Of a stretch of DNA of 64,000 nucleotides, positions 28,356 through 38,302 are shown piece after piece. Location of the stretch: assembly GCA_013141495.1 (NCBI GenBank), contig JABFQV010000014.1, forward strand, positions 38,724 through 102,723, written 5' to 3'. A model generated the notes under the pieces. That model was not told where the DNA came from. It made no database searches and saw only the letters and a program-made list of their open reading frames with translations. The first letter of the stretch is position 1, and each line of letters opens with the position of its first letter. The stretch is from Methylotenera sp. GTDB lineage: Bacteria; Pseudomonadota; Gammaproteobacteria; Burkholderiales; Methylophilaceae. The position numbers and the translations under genes are program-made.

Positions 28356-31034
28356 TTATAACCACTTACGAACCGACTTGATGCTATCGTCTTCGGTACT
28401 TTTTTCGATGCTGAAGCCTAGGCGCGCCATGAGCTTCAGCATACTGGCGTTGTCTTTTAATACTTCGCCTTCCATACTTTTTAAACCCTTGGATCGCGCG
28501 GCGTCCATCAGTGCAATCATCAGCTTATTGCCCAGCCCTTTACCGTGCATACTGTCGGCAACCACAAGTGCAAACTCACAGCTTTCAGCATCTGGATTGA
28601 TGGCAAAGCGCGCTACGCCAAGCTCAACTTCATTATCCTGAACATCTGTTACCGCAAGCAGCGCCATTTCTCGACTGTAGTCAATTTGGGTAAAGCGTAC
28701 CAACATCGACTCACTCAACTCTTGAACGCTATTCATAAAGCGTGCATAACGTGATGCTTCAGATAAATTATGCACAAACTCCTGCGTCAGCACCGCATCT
28801 TCTGGTCGTATCGGTCGAATCACCACTTCCGTGCCATCGGCCAACTGCCAGTTAGTCACCAAGTGTGTCGGGTACGGGTAAATTGCCATGTGCGCATAAC
28901 GGTCTGCGCTAGGCTGGCGAAACTCCACCACCACACGGGCATCTGCCGCCAGAGCGCCATGTTCATCGAGTATGAGCGGGTTGATATCCATTTCCATGAG
29001 CATAGGTAGCTCGCAAACCATTTCAGACACGCGCAGTAACACACTTTCAAGCGCATTCATGTCGGCTGGCGGCATGTGGCGAAAAGCGCCCAGCATTTTG
29101 GATACATGGGTGCCTTGAATCAAATCTTTCACCAAAAATGAATTGAGTGGGGGCAATGTTACGGAACGATCACCCATAGCCTCTACCGTGGTACCACCTG
29201 CACCAAAGGTAATAATCGGTCCAAACACCGGGTCATTGGTGACGCCTACCATCAGCTCACGTCCATTTGGCTTCATAATCATCGGCTGAATGGAAATGCC
29301 ATCCATCATCGCGTCAGGACGATTAAGTTTAACGTTATCAATAATTTCATGATAAGCCGCTCGCACCGCCTGTGCATTGGCTAAATTCAGCAAAACCCCG
29401 CCTGCATCGGACTTATGCGTAATGTTGGGAGAGTTCACTTTCATCGCCACAGGAAAGCCCATTTGCTGCGCGATCAACAAAGCCTCATTCGGTGAATGCG
29501 CCACCATAGTCTGTGCCACTGGAATATGAAACGCGGACAATAGCGCCTTTGATTCCATCTCACTCAACACCTTGCGCCTTTCCTGTAGCGCGCCTTCAAT
29601 GATCATGCGCGCGCCTTCCACATCAGGCTCCAGATGATGCGACAACGGCCCAGGCATCTGCATTAGCAGTTTTTGGTTTTTATGATAGGCGGAAAGAAAA
29701 GAAAAAACTTCTACTGCAGGCTCTGGTGTACGGAACGTTGGCTTTTTAGCCAGCTTGAATGCAGCACGGGATTCCGTCACCTGCTCACCGCCCATCCACG
29801 AGGTGAGCAACGGTTTACTATACTGATTCGATAACTCAATAACCGCTTTAGCGGCTTCCAGTGGCTTGGTCATCGCTTGTGGCGTTAATATAGTCAGCAC
29901 GCCATCAACATTAGGGTCTTCAAGGCAAGCTTGCACTGCATTCCGATAACGATCAGCTTGTGCGTCGCCAATAATATCCACAGGATTACCATGCGACCAA
30001 GTTTGCGGTAGCACCGCATTAAGTTTTTCAATGGTGGCAGCTGATAAAGTCGCCATCACCAAGCCTAAATCTTCGGCACAATCGGTCGCCATTACACCGG
30101 GGCCACCGCCATTAGTAACAATCGCCAATCGATTTCCAGTTGGATGAAAGCCACACGAGAGCGCTTTGGCAGCTGAAAACAACTGGGTGATTGATTTTAC
30201 GCGCACAACCCCTGCCCGCTTCACGGCAGCTTCAAACGCATCGTCCGACCCTACCAGAGAAGCCGTATGTGACATCGCCGCTTTAGAGCCCGCAGCGTGG
30301 CGCCCTACCTTAACTAAAATCACTGGCTTAATGCGGGCCGCTGCACGAATCGCACTCATAAACCCGCGTGCGTCGTGAATGCCCTCTATATAAAGTAAGA
30401 TACTTTGCGTTTTTACATCTGAAATTAAATAATCAAGAATCTCACCAAAATCCACATCCACCGACGAACCCATGGAAACGACGCTAGAAAAGCCTACATC
30501 ATTAGTCTGGGCCCAATCCAAAATGGCCGTACACAGCGCGCCAGACTGCGACACAAAGGCAAGGTTGCCAGTGATGGCACCACCCTTATTAAAAGTTGCG
30601 TTGAGACCTATGTCCGGACGCATCACCCCTAGGCAATTAGGGCCGATCAGTCGAATGCCGTAGCGTTTAGCATTTTCCAGCACAGCACGCTCCAGCGCTT
30701 TTCCTTCTTCACCCGCCTCACCAAATCCCGCTGTAATGATGACCGCCGCCTTAACGTTATGCTTACCACACGCTTCAATAATATCTGGCACACTCTGCGG
30801 TGGCGTCGCGATTACCGCTAGTTCAACCGGCTCAGCTATCTGAGAGATTGAAGCATAGGCTTTACAACCCTGAATCTCAGCGCGAGTGGGGTTGATAGGA
30901 TAAAGCGCACCTTGGTACCCGCTTTGCAGCATGTTTTGAAAGACAATTTGTCCTACGGCATCAATCCTGTCACTGGCACCAAACACGGCCACTGACTTTG
31001 GTGCAAAAAGAGGCTTGAGATGATGCTGACTCAT
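28356..31034 (-). CDS. pat: protein lysine acetyltransferase Pat/PatZ-type (CoA-binding + ADP-forming acyl-CoA synthetase-like + C-terminal GNAT)
   Basis: 892 aa with PKSVAVFGASDR, an ATP-grasp-like middle and a C-terminal GNAT (FALVVADSMHGKGLGNKLM). Collinear with E. coli PatZ/YfiQ from memory. Confidence 0.85.
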   Translation of the reverse strand: MSQHHLKPLFAPKSVAVFGASDRIDAVGQIVFQNMLQSGYQGALYPINPTRAEIQGCKAYASISQIAEPVELAVIATPPQSVPDIIEACGKHNVKAAVIITAGFGEAGEEGKALERAVLENAKRYGIRLIGPNCLGVMRPDIGLNATFNKGGAITGNLAFVSQSGALCTAILDWAQTNDVGFSSVVSMGSSVDVDFGEILDYLISDVKTQSILLYIEGIHDARGFMSAIRAAARIKPVILVKVGRHAAGSKAAMSHTASLVGSDDAFEAAVKRAGVVRVKSITQLFSAAKALSCGFHPTGNRLAIVTNGGGPGVMATDCAEDLGLVMATLSAATIEKLNAVLPQTWSHGNPVDIIGDAQADRYRNAVQACLEDPNVDGVLTILTPQAMTKPLEAAKAVIELSNQYSKPLLTSWMGGEQVTESRAAFKLAKKPTFRTPEPAVEVFSFLSAYHKNQKLLMQMPGPLSHHLEPDVEGARMIIEGALQERRKVLSEMESKALLSAFHIPVAQTMVAHSPNEALLIAQQMGFPVAMKVNSPNITHKSDAGGVLLNLANAQAVRAAYHEIIDNVKLNRPDAMMDGISIQPMIMKPNGRELMVGVTNDPVFGPIITFGAGGTTVEAMGDRSVTLPPLNSFLVKDLIQGTHVSKMLGAFRHMPPADMNALESVLLRVSEMVCELPMLMEMDINPLILDEHGALAADARVVVEFRQPSADRYAHMAIYPYPTHLVTNWQLADGTEVVIRPIRPEDAVLTQEFVHNLSEASRYARFMNSVQELSESMLVRFTQIDYSREMALLAVTDVQDNEVELGVARFAINPDAESCEFALVVADSMHGKGLGNKLMIALMDAARSKGLKSMEGEVLKDNASMLKLMARLGFSIEKSTEDDSIKSVRKWL

Positions 31035-31088
31035 GATATTTGATCGCCGCTCTTGAAAGTGATAATTGGTTTTAGTGCATTAAGCTGA

Positions 31089-31430
31089 CTAAGCCTTCTT
31101 GACAAACTCAGACTTCAACTTCATCGCGCCAATGCCGTCAATTTTGCAGTCAATATCGTGGTCACCATCCACAAGGCGGATATTTTTGACCTTAGTGCCA
31201 ACTTTTACCACTAATGAAGAACCTTTTACTTTCAGGTCTTTAATCACGGTAATCGTGTCGCCATCTTGCAGAATATTGCCGTTAGAATCTTTGATTACTC
31301 GCGCTTCATCTGAGCTGTCAGTGGCGGCATCTTTTGACCATTCATGCGCACATTCCGGGCAGATGTACATATTGCCGTCTTCATAGGTGTATTCAGAATT
31401 GCATTGGGGACATTTGGGTAAATTGCTCAT
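31089..31430 (-). CDS. yjdM: zinc-ribbon protein YjdM (PhnA)
   Basis: 113 aa with [25 protein letters not shown] and ...[10 protein letters not shown]...[28 protein letters not shown], near-identical in pattern to E. coli YjdM. Confidence 0.92.
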   Translation of the reverse strand: MSNLPKCPQCNSEYTYEDGNMYICPECAHEWSKDAATDSSDEARVIKDSNGNILQDGDTITVIKDLKVKGSSLVVKVGTKVKNIRLVDGDHDIDCKIDGIGAMKLKSEFVKKA

Positions 31431-31479
31431 GGTTGCTTTCTTTATTTAACGATTGAAATTTTTAAAGTATTTTACGCCA

Positions 31480-32538
31480 TTAAGGTGCCGGGTTCATCAT
31501 CGTCAGATGTAAATGCTCAATTTCCTGCATCACGTCTAATGACAATTTGGTCTGCCATGCGTCGATATTTTCTGTTAATTGCATCATGTTTGTGGCGCCG
31601 ATAATGGTGCTGGTGACAAACCAGCGATGGTAAACAAAGCTCAGTGCCAGTTGCGTAGGCGTTAAACCATGTGCTCTGGCGAGCTTTGCATAAGCCGCGC
31701 AAGCCGGGAAAACATTTGGCTTTTTATAGCGTTGTGCGTAGCCTAAAAACATAGTGACGCGCCCTTTTGCCTCAGGGTTATCAATGTATTTTGCGGTTAA
31801 ATGCCCAAAAGCCAGCGGCGAATATGCAAGCAAGCCTACATTCTCTCGATACATCACTTCAGACATGCCGAATTCCATGCCTCGGTTAATCAGGTTGTAG
31901 CAATTTTGCACACTGGCTACGCGCGGCAAATTATATTCTTTGGCCATCCGCACGAACTCCATTACACCCCAAGGTTGCTCGTTAGATAAACCGATGTAGC
32001 GCACCTTGCCTTCATCAATCAGCTCCGCCAGCGTTTCTAACTGATTGCGGATTGACAGCCATTCACGCTGCTGACCTTGCGCATCTGATTCCTGACTAGG
32101 GTCAAACTGATATTGCCCAAACATCGGCACATTGCGCTCTGGCCAATGCAACTGATACACATCAATATAATCTGTTTGCAAGCGTTTGAGCGAGCCTTCA
32201 ATCGCGGCGCGAATATTGGCGCGGTCAAGTGAAGGCGGACCACCACGGATCCAATCCATGCCACGGCGAGGGCCTGAAACTTTTCCACCCAAAATTATTT
32301 GATCACGCGGTTGATTTTTAAGCCAATTGCCGACCATGCTTTCTGTACGCGTATAGGTTTCAGCCTTGGGTGGCACTGGGTACATTTCAGCGGTATCTAT
32401 AAAGTTAATCCCATGCGCGATTGCATAATCCAGTTGAGCATGCGCTTCAGCCTCTGTATTTTGGTCACCATAAGTCATAGTGCCCAAACAAATTTTAGAG
32501 ACATTCAGTTCTGTATTGCCTAATTTTGTATATTCCAT
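31480..32538 (-). CDS. tas: NADP(H)-dependent aldo-keto reductase, Tas-like
   Basis: 352 aa with LGTMTYGDQNTEAEAHAQLDYAIAHGINFIDTAEMYPVPP and LKRLQTDYIDVYQLHWP, collinear with E. coli Tas from memory. Confidence 0.85.
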   Translation of the reverse strand: MEYTKLGNTELNVSKICLGTMTYGDQNTEAEAHAQLDYAIAHGINFIDTAEMYPVPPKAETYTRTESMVGNWLKNQPRDQIILGGKVSGPRRGMDWIRGGPPSLDRANIRAAIEGSLKRLQTDYIDVYQLHWPERNVPMFGQYQFDPSQESDAQGQQREWLSIRNQLETLAELIDEGKVRYIGLSNEQPWGVMEFVRMAKEYNLPRVASVQNCYNLINRGMEFGMSEVMYRENVGLLAYSPLAFGHLTAKYIDNPEAKGRVTMFLGYAQRYKKPNVFPACAAYAKLARAHGLTPTQLALSFVYHRWFVTSTIIGATNMMQLTENIDAWQTKLSLDVMQEIEHLHLTMMNPAP

Positions 32539-32600
32539 CGCCGCATCTCAATATTGAACAATATATTTTTAAACTTTAAGCGCTTTTTAAGCTTAAAGCT

Positions 32601-32628
32601 CTTGAAATCAGTTAAATCAACCCCAGTT
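32601..32628 (+). promoter_or_regulatory. sigma-32 (RpoH) type heat-shock promoter of groESL
   Basis: CTTGAAA (32601-32607), 13 nt, then CCCCAGTT (32621-32628). This matches the consensus CTTGAAA-N13-15-CCCCATnT and lies about 100 nt upstream of groES. Confidence 0.7.
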
Positions 32629-32653
32629 AGCAATCAAGGTATGCGAGTGCTAA
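32627..32653 (+). promoter_or_regulatory. CIRCE (HrcA operator) inverted repeat
   Basis: TTAGCAATC-aaggtatgc-GAGTGCTAA against the consensus TTAGCACTC-N9-GAGTGCTAA (one mismatch). It overlaps the -10 element of the sigma-32 promoter by 2 nt. Confidence 0.75.
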
Positions 32654-32726
32654 AATACCGTATTGCGCATGCAATTTTAATTTTTGATTCACATTTTATA
32701 GTAAACCTAATTATGGAGATAACTGT

Positions 32727-33014
32727 ATGAAAATTCGTCCGTTACACGACCGCGTCATTGTTAAACGCTCAGAAGAAGAGCGCACTACCGCGTCAGGCAT
32801 TGTAATTCCAGATTCAGCCACAGAGAAACCAGACCAAGGTGTTATTCAGGCTATTGGTTCAGGTAAACGTGATGATAGCGGCAAAATCATCGCTTTAGAC
32901 GTTAAAGTCGGCGATAAAGTATTGTTCGGTAAATACGCAGGCCAAACTGTAAAAGTGGATGGCGAAGAGTTATTGGTGATGCGTGAAGAAGACATCATGG
33001 CGATCGTCGAATAA
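32727..33014 (+). CDS. groES: co-chaperonin GroES
   Basis: 95 aa: [31 protein letters not shown]. Confidence 0.97.
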   Translation: MKIRPLHDRVIVKRSEEERTTASGIVIPDSATEKPDQGVIQAIGSGKRDDSGKIIALDVKVGDKVLFGKYAGQTVKVDGEELLVMREEDIMAIVE

Positions 33015-33062
33015 ATAGTTGTAGAAGCTTAATTTAAAGCTTCCAAAGAACATTTTTCATAG

Positions 33063-34724
<1,662 letters not shown>

Positions 34725-34857
34725 TTTTGCATTTAAGCAGTTCATTGATACTGCGTTGCGCAAGCCTTGCCATACTAGTTGTATTGTCTTCGGCTTGCGC
34801 GCCTAGCCTCAATTTCCTGCTCAACGCAAAATGCCCTAACCAGCATTGAAAAAGAAC

Positions 34858-34880
34858 AAAACCCGCTTCGGCGGGTTTTT
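34858..34880. terminator. bidirectional rho-independent terminator shared by groEL and the convergent ATPase/DUF4276 operon
   Basis: AAACCCGC-ttcg-GCGGGTTT with flanking A and T runs. It sits 10 nt from the stop of the minus-strand gene at 34890. Confidence 0.8.
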
Positions 34881-34889
34881 CATGTATAC

Positions 34890-35459
34890 CTAAATAACGC
34901 AGATTCTTTCCCTAACATACTTATCGAAGGTGGAAAAAGACTGACACTTGAGAAGATTATCAAGAGAAGTAAGTTGTGCAATCTTTTTATTGTGAATCGT
35001 ATTTACATATCGCTTCTTACTAATTTTCCACACCATGGCCTCCAAATGCTCTTTGGGCGATGATACGCTTTCGCAATCGTGCATTTCTGATGGAGCCTTA
35101 GAAAGTGAGAACACCTGTTTTATTGCTTCGACATCCGTGAGAAGCCATGCCTCCATCTCTTCGATTGGGATAACAATCAGCGAGTTTGGATATTTCTCAG
35201 TAGAAACCTTTTCCATAAGTAATTTGCGAAGTTTTTTTTCATCGTTCCTGTCAAGATCGTGGAACACAATCACATGATCGCATCCGCTTTTAAATAGTGA
35301 TGACGCCCAACTATCACACTTATTTCTGAGTTTCCCGCAGCCATTTCCGGTGAATTTCTTAATAGAGAACTTATTTTTTTGCATATATTTGCAAAGAAAT
35401 TCTGTAATAATTTCAACATCGCTAACATCTTCAGCGATTATTCCGATTGTTTTAGTCAT
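34890..35459 (-). CDS. DUF4276-like small protein with TOPRIM-like acidic motifs (putative nuclease effector)
   Basis: 189 aa with IGIIAEDVSD (E10), HVIVFHDLDRND (D68, D70) and IPIEEMEAWLL (the EAW motif I recall as the DUF4276 hallmark). The start ATG lies inside the last codons of the upstream ATPase (ATGACTAA, 8-nt overlap). AT-rich. Confidence 0.65.
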   Translation of the reverse strand: MTKTIGIIAEDVSDVEIITEFLCKYMQKNKFSIKKFTGNGCGKLRNKCDSWASSLFKSGCDHVIVFHDLDRNDEKKLRKLLMEKVSTEKYPNSLIVIPIEEMEAWLLTDVEAIKQVFSLSKAPSEMHDCESVSSPKEHLEAMVWKISKKRYVNTIHNKKIAQLTSLDNLLKCQSFSTFDKYVRERICVI

Positions 35460-36669
35460 TTTCTAAATGCCCATGTTTCCAGAATTCGCCGAGGCTACCT
35501 TCATTTGAAAGGTAATCTTTCAATGCGGCAAGTTCTTTGCCATTAATATCCTTTTTAATATTAGTGACTGTTGTACCTTTTTCCTGTTCGCGACGAACTT
35601 TAAATACATTTTCAATCCCTAGTTTGTCAAGCACAGCATCTGAGTGTGTAGAAACGAATATCTGCTTATCCTTGGAATATATTCGTATCAGTTCAACTAT
35701 GCTTGACAGTAGACCATGGTGAACACATACCTCGGGCTCCTCTATCATAATCAATGAGCTCTTATCGGTAACTAAATAAAAAATCAAAGCCAATGTTTTA
35801 AATGTGCCCTCAGATAACTGGCTTGGAGACAATAGATTTTTAGAAATTTGGAAGCTTGGAACAACTAACAAATTCTTTTTTTCATTCTTTTTTACCTGTC
35901 CACCCGTTAAAACACTATAGTTTGACGAAGAAGTTTCTATTTCATTAAATTTAATCTCTTCAACCAATCCAATTCCGTTTGGCCCTACCAGTTCAATAAA
36001 CTCTTGATATGAGTCGCTATTTTTTCTATTTTCCTGATACATGTCATATAGGTATTTCTTATGCCCAGTAATAGAAATGCCAGTTCGTCTAGTATTGTCG
36101 CCTTCAACCTCAAAGGATATTGGGCAATTTGCGGGGTTAGTGAATTGCGACGCACTGTAATAACTAATTCCAACAATTTCTTGTATTGCCTGTCCCAAGA
36201 TAGATATGTGTTTTGACTCAACGCCATGACTTGTTAAGTACTCGTAAAGCCCTCTTGGCCTTACTCTTGATGGGACATCATCTCTATGTATATCTAGCAA
36301 TATCCAAGAAGGAATAGTTATGCGATCTTTCTTACCAGTAAAATCGTACATATACCAAGACTCTTCAGAATTAATAATTTCATCTTGGTTCTTCTCATTA
36401 GTAACTAGATTTAACTTAGCGGTGTGAATTAATTTTTTCCCGCCTATTTCGTACCATGTTTTTATCTCACTTGCAGAACTGAGAGGCTCATCCCAAATGT
36501 AATGCCGTGGTCGGTTAAAACATAACAATGGCAACAGTCTTAATGCTGATAATACGTTTGTTTTTCCACTGCCGTTCGGGCCAATTAAAGCCGTCAGATT
36601 TTGATGCGGCTCAAACACGGTGCTCACGCATGACCGATAATTCTTAATGGATATTTTACTAATACGCAT
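35452..36669 (-). CDS. ABC/SMC-like AAA_21-type ATPase (putative sensor/scaffold partner of DUF4276)
   Basis: 405 aa with Walker A GPNGSGKT (aa 30-37; nt 36559-36582), an ABC-signature-like QLSEGT (aa 284-289), Walker B-like SLIMIEEPE (aa 305-313) and an H-loop VSTHS (aa 339-343). About 240 aa are inserted between Walker A and the signature. No transmembrane partner. About 31% GC in my hand-counted sample (35881-35980). Confidence 0.75.
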   Translation of the reverse strand: MRISKISIKNYRSCVSTVFEPHQNLTALIGPNGSGKTNVLSALRLLPLLCFNRPRHYIWDEPLSSASEIKTWYEIGGKKLIHTAKLNLVTNEKNQDEIINSEESWYMYDFTGKKDRITIPSWILLDIHRDDVPSRVRPRGLYEYLTSHGVESKHISILGQAIQEIVGISYYSASQFTNPANCPISFEVEGDNTRRTGISITGHKKYLYDMYQENRKNSDSYQEFIELVGPNGIGLVEEIKFNEIETSSSNYSVLTGGQVKKNEKKNLLVVPSFQISKNLLSPSQLSEGTFKTLALIFYLVTDKSSLIMIEEPEVCVHHGLLSSIVELIRIYSKDKQIFVSTHSDAVLDKLGIENVFKVRREQEKGTTVTNIKKDINGKELAALKDYLSNEGSLGEFWKHGHLEND

Positions 36670-36787
36670 TTAGATCCTTTTAGGCGACGTCAAATCGCAA
36701 TTTTGTTCATATGTCACTAAAAATAAACGAGCCCTCGTATTATTTAATACGTGAGGCTATAAATACAAATATTGAATCACAAGCCAT

Positions 36788-36867
36788 GTAGGGTGGGTCT
36801 CTTGATGACCCACGCATTGTAATAGTATAGCTTATCACTTCCGCGTGGGGTTAAAACCCCACCCTAC
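36788..36867. repeat. REP doublet (REPIN-like): two inverted REP hairpins
   Basis: GTAGGGTGGGTCtcttgatGACCCACGC (36788-36815) and GCGTGGGGttaaaaCCCCACCCTAC (36843-36867) in inverted orientation, separated by 27 nt. The same architecture recurs at 40156-40230. Confidence 0.85.
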
Positions 36868-36876
36868 AAAAGCCAT

Positions 36877-37529
36877 GTAGGGTGGGCAACTGGTTGCCCA
36901 CGCGTAAAATATCCCGCACAATCTAACGATGTCACATTATCGTCGCGCCGACACCGCTGGAGCCACTTACTTCTTTACAGTCGTCACTTACCGTAGGCGT
37001 CCATTCCTGTGCGATGAGGATGTGCGTGATGCGTTAAAACAAGCGATTAATAAAGTACGCGAAAGACATCCTTTTACAATAGATGCTTGGGTTTTATTAC
37101 CCGACCACATTCACACCATTTGGACATTGCCACCTAACGATGCCAACTTTGCACTCCGTTGGCAATTGATTAAACGCTATGTGACGCAAAGTTGCGGCGC
37201 ACGCCTGCATAACCCGCAGTGGATGAATACATCCAAAGCCAAACATGGAGAATCCACATTATGGCAACGCCGTTATTGGGAGCATCAAATTAAAGATGAG
37301 TTGGATTATGCAAAACACATGAATTATTTGCATTACAATCCAGTGAAGCATCAATTGGTAAAACAAGTCCAAGATTGGCCTTACTCCACATTTCACCGCT
37401 ACGTTAAACAAGGCGTTTATGATGAAAATTGGGCAGTAGAAGTATTATTAGAACCATGTGATTTTGGCGATGAGTAATTGGAAAAATTAGGGATTAAGCA
37501 ACGCGTGGGCAACCAGTTGCCCACCCTAC
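36877..37529 (+). mobile_element. RAYT unit: REP-associated tyrosine transposase gene flanked by perfect 29-bp inverted REPs
   Basis: GTAGGGTGGGCAACTGGTTGCCCACGCGT (36877-36905) and its exact reverse complement (37501-37529). Each lies 23 nt from the ORF ends. Confidence 0.85.
36929..37477 (+). CDS. REP-associated tyrosine transposase (RAYT; IS200/IS605 TnpA-like Y1 HUH enzyme)
   Basis: 182 aa with YFFTVVTYRRRPFL, the HUH motif in LPDHIHTIW, WQRRYWEHQI and the catalytic Tyr region YLHYNPVKH. Confidence 0.88.
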   Translation: MSHYRRADTAGATYFFTVVTYRRRPFLCDEDVRDALKQAINKVRERHPFTIDAWVLLPDHIHTIWTLPPNDANFALRWQLIKRYVTQSCGARLHNPQWMNTSKAKHGESTLWQRRYWEHQIKDELDYAKHMNYLHYNPVKHQLVKQVQDWPYSTFHRYVKQGVYDENWAVEVLLEPCDFGDE

Positions 37530-37675
37530 TCATTTCCATTGTTTAGCTTCAGCATGAAAACAATCCAGTGCAAGCGGGTTTTGTTTTATCTATCATTCTC
37601 CGTCATAATTATGGTTTATGCCGCTTGCATCATTCGCATTAAAAGCATCCCCTTAAACAACGAAAGAAACACACA

Positions 37676-38302
37676 ATGGCAATTGAATTAAACACCTTAA
37701 CCCAACGCTTAAGTTATATTGTTGGTGAAAACATGGCGCATCAGCTTAAAAATGATGGGCTAGCTTTAGATACAGACGCTATCGCACTTGCTATTAACGA
37801 TGTAATGGCGGGCAATCCATCACGCTTAACTGATGCGGAAAAAAGAAACACGGTTGAACAAGTACAAAAAGAGAGCCAAGAAAAACAAATGGCGGCGCAG
37901 GCTGAGCAGTCTGCAAAAAACCAGGCTGAAGGCGCGGCTTATTTGGCTGAGAATGCTAAAAAAGAAGGTGTTGTCACCACTGATAGCGGCCTGCAATATA
38001 AATCACTGGCGGCTGGTAGTGGTGAAAAACCAAGCAAAAGTGATAAGGTAAAAGTGCATTACAGAGGCACATTGATTGATGGTACGGTATTTGATAGCTC
38101 TTATGACCGCGGTGAGCCTATCGTTTTCCCAGTCACTGGCGTGATTGCGGGTTGGGTTGAGGGTTTGCAGTTAATGCAAGTGGGCAGTAAGTTTGAGTTA
38201 GCCATTCCTTCACAATTAGCTTATGGCGCAAACGGCAGTGGCCCAGCGATTGGCCCAGATGCAACGTTGATATTTGAAGTTGAGTTATTGGGCATCGAAT
38301 AA
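37676..38302 (+). CDS. fklB: FKBP-type peptidyl-prolyl cis-trans isomerase FklB
   Basis: 208 aa with YLAENAKKEGV..T.SGLQY, VHYRGTLIDGTVFDSSYDRGEP..FPV.GVI.GW.E.L.LM.VGSK.EL.IP..LAYG, collinear with E. coli FklB from memory. Confidence 0.88.
   Translation: MAIELNTLTQRLSYIVGENMAHQLKNDGLALDTDAIALAINDVMAGNPSRLTDAEKRNTVEQVQKESQEKQMAAQAEQSAKNQAEGAAYLAENAKKEGVVTTDSGLQYKSLAAGSGEKPSKSDKVKVHYRGTLIDGTVFDSSYDRGEPIVFPVTGVIAGWVEGLQLMQVGSKFELAIPSQLAYGANGSGPAIGPDATLIFEVELLGIE

Noticed and set aside
28378-30663. Several 60-90 aa ORFs on both strands within the pat gene
   Set aside because: All are nested in a continuous 892-aa frame with recognisable domains. None has start-site or motif support.
34779-35063. 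94-aa plus-strand ORF spanning the groEL terminator and the 3' end of the DUF4276-like gene
   Set aside because: It crosses a strong terminator hairpin and is antisense to a better-supported gene. It has no RBS.
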